Shown here: positions 25,630 through 33,063 of the stretch, piece by piece
Layout: each line of letters begins with the position of its first letter
Numbering within the stretch: position 1 is the stretch's first letter
Origin: Candidatus Micrarchaeota archaeon CG1_02_49_24
Lineage (GTDB): Archaea; Micrarchaeota; Micrarchaeia; Anstonellales; UBA8471
Reading direction: 5' to 3'
DNA length: 33,063 nucleotides
Assembly (NCBI GenBank): GCA_001871535.1
Contig: MNVF01000038.1
Coordinates: forward strand, 1-33,063
The notes under the pieces: generated by a model
Database searches by the model: none
What the model was told of the DNA's origin: nothing
Seen by the model: the letters and a program-made list of their open reading frames with translations, nothing else
Translations under genes and position numbers: made by a program

Positions 25630-26469
25630 ATGAATAACAGATTATTGACGATATTTTTGCTGGTTTTATTTGCAGGCACGCTAGTCGCAGATTTCAAGCT
25701 GAAAGATATTGACGTGGTGGTATTTGCCAGGGATGAGCCTCTGGTGGAGGAAACCATCTCATTCTACATAACCACCAATGAATCGCTCAACGAACACAAA
25801 ACCGCGCCCATCGCAAGGAACGACCTGGAGGCATGGGTCAAGCGCACCAGCCTGAACGATATACGCCAGCACTTCGACCCCGAAGTGGCGAACATCAGTG
25901 AATTCATCATCCTGCCCCAGGAAACCAAATATTCCGCAGCAGAGGGTTCATACTATTCAAGCGTCAGGATACAGTACATTGCCCACAGGTATTACAACGG
26001 CACTGTGGCGCTGCCCGATACTGGCATATTCACGGTCGCGCAGTCAAAGCCCAGGATAAAGGAGTATGTGCTCAATGAAGAGGCGCTCAATTTCGGCAGC
26101 GGGTTCGGAGGGGACGCGGTCCTTGGGGAAAATGTCAGGCTGACATTGCAGCTGCCCAAGGAAGCCCGGGGGATTTATTTCTCCATCGACCCAAGCGAAG
26201 CGGAGCCAAGTGACTTCACGCTCGGCAGCGATGGAAAGAAACAATACATTGGCGATGAGCGCACCTTCTATTGGATGCATACGCGGCTGCCCTCGTTCAC
26301 GGTCAAATACTACATAGAACTGCCCTTGCAAGAGGAGATTAGGCAGGCTGTGGACAGCATTGCCAACAGGGTGGTGCTGATTTTCACAGGCCGGGACAGC
26401 CTCTCAGCAATCGTGCTAGTTGCAGCCATCCTGGTTTCGACCTATGCAATCCTCAAAGTTAAAAAGTAG
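25630..26469 (+). CDS. Hypothetical secreted protein with a C-terminal membrane anchor
   Basis: Signal peptide, C-terminal TM helix plus basic tail; TTTATAAA box ~25 nt upstream (leaderless). Confidence 0.8.
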   Translation: MNNRLLTIFLLVLFAGTLVADFKLKDIDVVVFARDEPLVEETISFYITTNESLNEHKTAPIARNDLEAWVKRTSLNDIRQHFDPEVANISEFIILPQETKYSAAEGSYYSSVRIQYIAHRYYNGTVALPDTGIFTVAQSKPRIKEYVLNEEALNFGSGFGGDAVLGENVRLTLQLPKEARGIYFSIDPSEAEPSDFTLGSDGKKQYIGDERTFYWMHTRLPSFTVKYYIELPLQEEIRQAVDSIANRVVLIFTGRDSLSAIVLVAAILVSTYAILKVKK

Positions 26470-26488
26470 AATATACGGTGGGTTTGTG

Positions 26489-27967
26489 ATGCTTCATCAG
26501 ATTGAAAAACTTCTTTTGGCTGCCATGGAGCAGGGAAGGGATTATGATGTGCCCTCTCTCGCAGTGGCAACAGGCCTTGACCCGGGGGCAGTAATGAAGG
26601 GCATTGCCTGGCTGGAGGAAAAGGGGGCGCTTGCGAAATCAGTGAGCATCAGCAAAAAAACCGAAATCACAGATGAAGGCAAACACTACATAGATAATAA
26701 ATTCCCGGAAAACAGGGTTTACGACAAGGTTGTTGCCGCAGGGGAAAATGGAGCGCCGATGTCCGCATTCGATGCCGAAGAAACGCGCATAGGACTAGGA
26801 TTGGCAAGAAAATCAGGATGGATTGCACCGCAACAATCACCAAATGGATTCACCTTCAGAAAAGGAACCGCGCCTGCTGTTGACAAGGCAAAGGAATTGA
26901 AGGCAATAAAATTGGGGCCCCACACACAGTATCTAGTGGAGTTCATGGAGCGAAAGCTCTGCGAAACAATTGAGAAAAAATCTGTCAGCGTGAAGCTTAC
27001 TGAAAGCGGTGCAGCACTCAGGAAAGATGCATCAATGCCAACTGCCAGAAGCTCAACAATTCCATCGAATGCAGATATTGCAGCACCAATAAACACCATA
27101 ACTTCAGACTTCATAAGGGCGAAAGCCTGGAAGGATACGGGAGTTGAGATTAGAGGGTATAACGTGCTCGCCCCGGTTGAAGTGCCATTTGCGGCAAAGA
27201 GGCACATAGTTGGCCGCGCCATCCGCAGGATAAAGGATATCTTCCTCTCCCTTGGGTTTGAGGAGATGGGTGGCTCGCTCATAGAGGCGGGCTTTTGGAA
27301 TTTTGACGTGCTGTTCCAGCCCCAGGACCACCCGGCAAGGGAGTTGGCAGACACATTCTACCTGGACAAGGCAGTGAAGCTTGGCAGTGGCGGGGAGCGG
27401 GCACTCATCAAGCGCGTGAAGGAAGTGCATGAGAACGCCTGGGGCACGCCCTGGCTGGAGGCAGAGGCCTCAAAGTGCGTGCTGAGGACCCATACCACGG
27501 CCGTGAGCGCACGCTATCTGGCAAAGCTGGCTGGAAGCAAGATTAAGAAAAAATATTTCTCAGTAGGCAAGGTCTACCGCAATGAATCGATTGATTTCAA
27601 GCACCTGGCAGAGTTCCACCAGATAGAAGGCATTATTGTGGATGAGAATGCCACGTTCGCTGACCTGCTGGGCACCCTGAAGCAGTTCTACTCCAGGCTC
27701 GGCTTTGAGAAGATAAGGTTCATGCCCAGCTATTTCCCATACACCGAGCCTTCGCTTGAGATTGAGGTCTATTTTGAGGATAGGAAAGAGTGGCTGGAGC
27801 TCGGCGGCGCGGGCATATTCAGGCCAGAGGTGAGCAAACCCCTTTGTGGCAGGTATCCTGTGCTGGCGTTCGGGCTTAGCATGGAGAGGCCGCTTATGCT
27901 CAAGCTGGGCATAAGCGATATAAGGATTCTCTACGAAAACAATATGACACTTTTACGTGAACAGTAA
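26489..27967 (+). CDS. pheS: Phenylalanine--tRNA ligase alpha subunit (archaeal long form)
   Basis: FWNFDVLFQPQDHPARELADTF, LRTHTT, YRNE..HLAEFHQIEG, YFPYTEPS, ELGGAGIFRPEV, AFGLSMER. Confidence 0.96.
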   Translation: MLHQIEKLLLAAMEQGRDYDVPSLAVATGLDPGAVMKGIAWLEEKGALAKSVSISKKTEITDEGKHYIDNKFPENRVYDKVVAAGENGAPMSAFDAEETRIGLGLARKSGWIAPQQSPNGFTFRKGTAPAVDKAKELKAIKLGPHTQYLVEFMERKLCETIEKKSVSVKLTESGAALRKDASMPTARSSTIPSNADIAAPINTITSDFIRAKAWKDTGVEIRGYNVLAPVEVPFAAKRHIVGRAIRRIKDIFLSLGFEEMGGSLIEAGFWNFDVLFQPQDHPARELADTFYLDKAVKLGSGGERALIKRVKEVHENAWGTPWLEAEASKCVLRTHTTAVSARYLAKLAGSKIKKKYFSVGKVYRNESIDFKHLAEFHQIEGIIVDENATFADLLGTLKQFYSRLGFEKIRFMPSYFPYTEPSLEIEVYFEDRKEWLELGGAGIFRPEVSKPLCGRYPVLAFGLSMERPLMLKLGISDIRILYENNMTLLREQ

Positions 27968-28001
27968 CGTTTTGTTATTCGCTACGGAATCCGGTGGGTT
28001 T

Positions 28002-29942
28002 ATGGAAAACATAGCGCCAGCGCTGGCCGCATTTCTTGTGCTTCTTCTAGCAAACCTCATAGGCATTGGAACTGTTTTCGGAACTTTTTCAATCATTGAA
28101 TCAGGCATTGCAGATTCCGGTGGTGGGCACTCTCTTTACGCACTGGTTAAATCCGAAGAAGGAACAAACCTCACGCTGCTCTGGGTTGGGGGAAGCAAAC
28201 AGCAAACCTATCTTCTTGAGCATGCAACCCCCTATCCGAATTCAACCCTGGATAAATTCCGCGACTTTCTGTCAATGAGGCTGAAACGGCAGGGCATTGC
28301 ACTGGGAAAAACAACCCTCGGAAACCTAACCAGCCTTTCCGGAAGCATTGTGATAATACCCACGACCTTTTTCCCGGCTGAATTGAATGACGGGGCATTG
28401 CTGGATGGGATGGCGGCAGGAAACAATACCATGGTATTCCTGGGAAAACAATTTGATTACCTGATTGATGGGGAGGGCAGCCTTGTGCTAAACCCAACTG
28501 GCACCGCGCCCAAAAGCGCCTTGCAAATCCTGCAAATCAACGCCACCATTGCAGACGATGAAAACCAAAACCTTCCGAACTTCAAGACCGCAAATAAGAT
28601 TGCCGAAGATATTGCCTATGGGCGGTTCGGCACTGTTTACGCAGCGGCGGATTTCGCATTGGTGAATGGCACGAAAATAATATATGCGCAAGCAGGTGCG
28701 GAGCCACAGCCAGGCACAACAGGTGCCGGAAAAATCATAAACAAAAATACCCTTGGAACATATTACTTTGAGCCGCAGGCCTATTCCGGGAAACTGAAAA
28801 ACCCCAACTTGGCCTATCAGGGAAAAACACCTGTGGAATTTACAACTGCCAATTCTTACAATGAATCGCTGGTGCTTGAGTTTACCCTGAAGGTGAGGGA
28901 TGCCGAAAAAACCGTTGCCACAGCCAATCTCGGCAAATCACTGGTGAAACATGCCTATTTTTCATCTGCGGCAATTGAGCTGGCTCCAGGCGACTACCTG
29001 CTCAAGGTCTTTGACCAGTATGGCACCGCCCATGCTGCCTCGCTCCTTCATGTAAAAATGATTACGTTCGCACCAGACAACGCAGGCATGCTGCACATCT
29101 ATGAGGACGGCATGCCCTACCGGGGCGTGGCTGAGATAGCAACGGGCAATGGAATCGTATCAGTGCAGGTAGATGGTGCGCTAATGACAGGGGAGGGTGT
29201 GGCTGTGCGCGTGCACGGCACAGAATTTCAACCCGGAAATGCCAGGGAGAACTCCACGCTTGCATTCTATTATACATACTGGCCGATTGCCCTGGCGATT
29301 GTTGTGGCAAGCTACCTGTTCGCCAATCCAGGAGCCGGGAAAACCTATAAACTCCTGATGCCGGCGCTTGCCAGGCCCAAAAAGAAGGTGACGATTACCC
29401 TTGAAGGATTCATGGTGCTTATGAAAGAATTTTGCAGCAGACCGGCCCACCTCACAGAAGTGATATACAAACTGAATGAGCACCTGAGCAGGGAACGGAT
29501 GATTACCGTGGACGAGAGCTCTGTGCTAAGGATAATGGGCGCCATGGAATTCATGAAATCCTATGACGATTATTATTTCTATTCGGAAACCGTGGTTGGG
29601 GAACCCGGGGCGAGCACAGAAGAGGCGTTCGAAACTGAATATATTGAACGGCGGCTGCGCGACCTCGCCATAGTGAACGGAAGGAAAACCCTTGGGAGCT
29701 ATGAGAAGAACGGAAACATATATGAGCTATTTCCCTACCCAAAGCTTCCAGGCAAAATCGGGCTCGCAGAAAACGCGCAGCACGCGCGGCTAAAGATTGC
29801 TGTTTTCAAAAACAAGGCAGACGCGGATGCATTCAGGGGAAAGATTGCAAACGGGCCTGACCCGAGATTGCGGCTGGCCCTGGCAAATGGCGCGCTTCTG
29901 CTGATGGGCGTAGAGGAAGTGGGAAAATGGCTGGAAGGTTAG
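28002..29942 (+). CDS. Hypothetical membrane protein
   Basis: N-terminal hydrophobic segment, internal TM helix (YWPIALAIVVASYLF); GGTGGG SD. Confidence 0.8.
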   Translation: MENIAPALAAFLVLLLANLIGIGTVFGTFSIIESGIADSGGGHSLYALVKSEEGTNLTLLWVGGSKQQTYLLEHATPYPNSTLDKFRDFLSMRLKRQGIALGKTTLGNLTSLSGSIVIIPTTFFPAELNDGALLDGMAAGNNTMVFLGKQFDYLIDGEGSLVLNPTGTAPKSALQILQINATIADDENQNLPNFKTANKIAEDIAYGRFGTVYAAADFALVNGTKIIYAQAGAEPQPGTTGAGKIINKNTLGTYYFEPQAYSGKLKNPNLAYQGKTPVEFTTANSYNESLVLEFTLKVRDAEKTVATANLGKSLVKHAYFSSAAIELAPGDYLLKVFDQYGTAHAASLLHVKMITFAPDNAGMLHIYEDGMPYRGVAEIATGNGIVSVQVDGALMTGEGVAVRVHGTEFQPGNARENSTLAFYYTYWPIALAIVVASYLFANPGAGKTYKLLMPALARPKKKVTITLEGFMVLMKEFCSRPAHLTEVIYKLNEHLSRERMITVDESSVLRIMGAMEFMKSYDDYYFYSETVVGEPGASTEEAFETEYIERRLRDLAIVNGRKTLGSYEKNGNIYELFPYPKLPGKIGLAENAQHARLKIAVFKNKADADAFRGKIANGPDPRLRLALANGALLLMGVEEVGKWLEG

Positions 29943-31198
29943 CGTTGCCTGCGCTGCTTGCGCTTGCAACTTTCGTTTTCCTTTTGCTCTCAACGCCATT
30001 CGCATTAAGCCAGATGTTCCTTGATATGAATCTTTCAAACTCAGGGCTCACGCTGCTCGGCCTGGACCAGAACCTTGTGGCTGCGCCTGAGCGTGCGCCT
30101 GATGCGGGCAACCCGGTAATATTTTCATTCGTGAAGGTGGTGGATGCTTTCCCAAGCGTGGGTGATGCAGACGGAGAATGGATAAGCACAGACTTGGGTG
30201 CAGCGCTCGTGTGGGCCTGGGGCGCAGGCTCTTTTGAAGGGATTATTGATGAACACAATCCAGAGGCCTGCAGTGGGACCAAATATGCTTTTGCAAAAAC
30301 ATCACAGCCATATGCTGTTGGAAATGCAAGGGCAACTGCTGGAACAGCTCCCAGGACAATTGCATTGGGCGGGAATTATCTGACACTCTATCGCGCAGGA
30401 GAGATTTATCCTGAGGTCACCCAAAACGCAGCAAACAAGACTGTGCCGGACTACCCGGGGCTCACAATAAATATTGATGCAGCCATAGTGTTCCCGTATA
30501 GAATCACAAAAACAGCCTACCGCCTTTCCTGTGATAAAACCAGATGCACCTGCAAACAGCAAACCACAACTTCGGAAAAAACATTCGCATCAGTTGTCTC
30601 TGACAGCAAAACCTACAGCATTGAAACGAAAAACTTCACTTTTTTCCTCATCCGCCCTGTGCTTTACGAACAGCTGAACTACAAGCCGGCCTTTGAATTC
30701 CTGCTGCTCGGGAATAGGAAAATTGCAAACCTCACCATCTGGCAAAACAACAAAACCATCGGAGAAGCACAATTCCTTTCTTTTTCAGATTATTCAGATG
30801 AATTCGGTTATTTGCACGCCAGGGCAACTGATGAGGCAGCCCGGAAAAATGTCACAGCCGCAGCCTATGAACATTATACGCATCAGCCAACCATCGCCAA
30901 TATCACATATGCACGGCAATTGTTTGTGAATGCAACCATGAAAGAGAATGAATCATTGGGGGAAAATATGATGGCAGTGATTATATCCGACAGGTTTGGG
31001 AATGCATTCGGGCACCATGTGGCTGTGAGAAATCGCCTGGCGGGAGGAGCCCGGGCAAGTGCAGGAAATGATACGGTGCGCGGAACGCTTGCCGGCAGTG
31101 AGATGCATCCGCTTGAATTGCAATTGGGAGAAGGAATTGTTTCGCTGCTGCTTGCAGCTGCAATTGTGTTTGCATTCGTGACACTCCCCAATGCTTAA
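29927..31198 (+). CDS. Hypothetical surface/membrane protein
   Basis: Signal peptide, C-terminal TM helix, several N-glycosylation sequons; overlaps the upstream stop codon. Confidence 0.8.
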   Translation: MAGRLALPALLALATFVFLLLSTPFALSQMFLDMNLSNSGLTLLGLDQNLVAAPERAPDAGNPVIFSFVKVVDAFPSVGDADGEWISTDLGAALVWAWGAGSFEGIIDEHNPEACSGTKYAFAKTSQPYAVGNARATAGTAPRTIALGGNYLTLYRAGEIYPEVTQNAANKTVPDYPGLTINIDAAIVFPYRITKTAYRLSCDKTRCTCKQQTTTSEKTFASVVSDSKTYSIETKNFTFFLIRPVLYEQLNYKPAFEFLLLGNRKIANLTIWQNNKTIGEAQFLSFSDYSDEFGYLHARATDEAARKNVTAAAYEHYTHQPTIANITYARQLFVNATMKENESLGENMMAVIISDRFGNAFGHHVAVRNRLAGGARASAGNDTVRGTLAGSEMHPLELQLGEGIVSLLLAAAIVFAFVTLPNA

Positions 31199-31224
31199 AT
31201 CCATTGCCGCACAAATTTGCTGCA

Positions 31225-31479
31225 ATGACAATCCTGGATGATATTCTGAAAAGCGGCGCCTATACTAGGCGGGTAAAGCGGGCAGGCATGCTCCAAAAGA
31301 TAACCTTCAGAATCATTGAGGAAGATGGGATAAAATACCTTTTCTCAGGCAAGTTTTTTGAAATTCCGGAGCTCATTGAGGCAGCAAACGAAACCGGTCT
31401 GCCATTCAAGACAAAAAACGGCAAAGTCTTCCCAAATAAAAAAAGCGCTGAGAGCTATAGGTGCAAGACCAGTATATGA
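31225..31479 (+). CDS. Small basic hypothetical protein
   Basis: 84-aa ORF with protein-like composition; TTAAAT box ~25 nt upstream. Confidence 0.65.
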   Translation: MTILDDILKSGAYTRRVKRAGMLQKITFRIIEEDGIKYLFSGKFFEIPELIEAANETGLPFKTKNGKVFPNKKSAESYRCKTSI

Positions 31480-31583
31480 CCAGTAAGACCTTAGTCCAAG
31501 GTTTAAAGTTTAAGGTCTAAGGACGGTTTTGGACTTTGAACCCTAGACATTTAGACCTTAGGACTTATTAAGACCTGAAGACT
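31463..31583. repeat. AAGAC-core repeats with a nested, orientation-switching heptamer tract
   Basis: CAAGACCAGT...TAAGACC [TTAGTCC AAGGTTT AAAGTTT AAGGTCT AAGG ... TGGACTT TGAACCC TAGACATT TAGACC] TTAGGACTTATTAAGACCTGAAGAC. Confidence 0.65.
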
Positions 31584-32833
31584 TACAGCTGCGCTTTCTC
31601 CCTTGTCAGATAAAGATAGGCTCCAATTGCCACAGCTGCCAGCACCACCACACCGCCCAGGACAATAGGCAGGGGCATGCCCACGCTTCCTAAATTGCCC
31701 CCTATAATCCCTGGGCTGGTCGAATTCGTATCAAGAATTACCAGCACGGCACTGCCAGCCACCGAATTCCTGTTCCCGGCATTGTCTATCGCATAGACGA
31801 TGTAGCTCAGTGAATCTGCCAGCCCGACATCCAGCTCTGCCTCATAGATAGAATTCGAATCCATGTACATCGTTTCCCTGCCGTGCCTGGAGCCTGACAC
31901 GTAGTCTACATAAACATCGCTGAGCTCGCCCATGCCACTTCCGTAGATACCAGACTCTGCCACCATGGCGCGCACCCGGGCATATCTATCGCCCAGGCGC
32001 TCCACGATTATGTTGCTAATCTCAGGTGGGTGCATATCAAAAAAAATGATAATGTTTGTGCCTTCGCTGAGGTCAGCCCTGGCAGTCTGTTTGAACCCCT
32101 TGGACTGGGCAGTAAACACTGCTGTTGGCCCTACATAATCCTTGAATTTCGCCATACCCAGCTCGTCCGCCTCATCGATGCGGTCGAGGAGGGTGACATA
32201 GCCCTTGACGGGCTCTCCGGTGTCATCCATGAGCTTGACAATCGGGTTATAAACAGGGAAAATAATATCTTCAGAGGTATCGCCCCTGACGGTGATGGAC
32301 TTGACCTGCTGGCCGTTTGAAAAATCAGCTATGATCGTCGTATCGCCAGGGGGCACAAGGAATGCCACATCTCCGTTGGCGTTGGCATAGCCAGTGAAAT
32401 TGCCCGCAGAGACCCTGCTCAAAAGCGGCGCCCTGCGCTGGTCGGTAACCTTTACCTTGAGGAGGTAGAGCTCTGTCTGAATTATTATGGAGGATGGGTG
32501 TTGGTAAACTTCAATCTCTCTCCTTGCACCCTTGTAGCCATAGAGAACCCGGATGGTCACTGTTTTGTCAACTTCGCCCTCCACAATCTCCACATTCTCA
32601 ATGGTGAAACTTGCCATGCCAAGGGCGTCAGATAGCTGGGAAATAGTCTGGAGCCCCCTGAGCGAATCGCGCTGATAGGTCACGAAGACTGTGGCATTCT
32701 GCACAGGCCTGCCAAGCATGTCCACCACCTGCACGGATACATAGTCATTGAAGGTGGAGAAAGCTGCTGGCACTAGGAGAAGCATGAATGCAATTGCAAA
32801 CACTAACATTGGCAAATATCTAGCTATATGCAT
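31583..32833 (-). CDS. Surface protein with repeated beta-sandwich (carboxypeptidase-regulatory-like) domains and a C-terminal TM anchor
   Basis: Signal peptide; repeated V.V.D..G.PV..A.V motifs; C-terminal TM helix plus basic tail. Confidence 0.78.
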   Translation of the reverse strand: MHIARYLPMLVFAIAFMLLLVPAAFSTFNDYVSVQVVDMLGRPVQNATVFVTYQRDSLRGLQTISQLSDALGMASFTIENVEIVEGEVDKTVTIRVLYGYKGARREIEVYQHPSSIIIQTELYLLKVKVTDQRRAPLLSRVSAGNFTGYANANGDVAFLVPPGDTTIIADFSNGQQVKSITVRGDTSEDIIFPVYNPIVKLMDDTGEPVKGYVTLLDRIDEADELGMAKFKDYVGPTAVFTAQSKGFKQTARADLSEGTNIIIFFDMHPPEISNIIVERLGDRYARVRAMVAESGIYGSGMGELSDVYVDYVSGSRHGRETMYMDSNSIYEAELDVGLADSLSYIVYAIDNAGNRNSVAGSAVLVILDTNSTSPGIIGGNLGSVGMPLPIVLGGVVVLAAVAIGAYLYLTREKAQL

Positions 32834-32918
32834 GGATTGATTTTGACAGGGAAATTAAAAAGATTGCTTATTTGATATCACTCAGATAATTGAGCGGCAA
32901 CAACCGAAAAGCAGACTT

Positions 32919-32997
32919 ATCAGATTTTCCGAAGAGCCTCTCTCGCTGATGCGAGAGACCCTGCACAATGTGCAGGGTATGAAGGCTCATTCGGAAA
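32919..32997. mobile_element. Second copy of the 21203 MITE-like palindrome, right end interrupted
   Basis: 79/79 identical to 21203-21281, then diverges into a hairpin mosaic. Confidence 0.85.
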
Positions 32998-33002
32998 TCC
33001 AG

Positions 33003-33044
33003 TTTTCGCTTGATAGCGAAAATCTCAAGGACTGTTGTCCTTGA
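33003..33044. repeat. Modular hairpin mosaic
   Basis: TTTTCGCTTGATAGCGAAAA (shared with 11060-11078) followed by TCAAGGAC/GTCCTTGA. Confidence 0.7.
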
Positions 33045-33063
33045 ATTCTCGTGAAGTTGGCGC

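Noticed and set aside
27020..27090. Extra Ser/Ala-rich linker in PheS as another palindromic insertion
   Set aside because: No convincing inverted repeat or shared linker motif, and it lies in a naturally variable interdomain region.

Overview
Archaeal chromosomal segment, probably DPANN/Micrarchaeota-like. That placement is inferred from the ~390-aa single-chain ARMAN-type tRNA splicing endonuclease, aRF1, an archaeal S-layer protein, TATA boxes and GGTGA Shine-Dalgarno sites. Genes: a four-gene modified (archaeal) mevalonate pathway operon (UbiX, UbiD, AcnX large and small subunits), Taw1/TYW1, a HAD hydrolase, EndA, a four-helix-bundle pseudogene, CoaBC, aRF1, an S-layer protein, a membrane-anchored double-AAA (CDC48-like) ATPase with a 538-aa LAGLIDADG intein, a HerA/VirB4-like ATPase, a Gfo/Idh/MocA-like protein, PheS and several surface or membrane hypotheticals. 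The most striking feature is a set of small structured insertion elements, with no transposase visible in the window. The best defined is a 103-bp three-way-junction element present in 4 copies (one cut by the window edge). It has fixed geometry, covarying stems, two 18-nt hypervariable loops and a 2-bp flanking duplication, so each insertion adds exactly 35 codons; three copies sit in frame inside TYW1 and UbiD. Also present: AT-flanked palindromes, mosaic hairpin arrays, heptamer repeat tracts, and two short insertions with long (24 and 31 bp) direct repeats.
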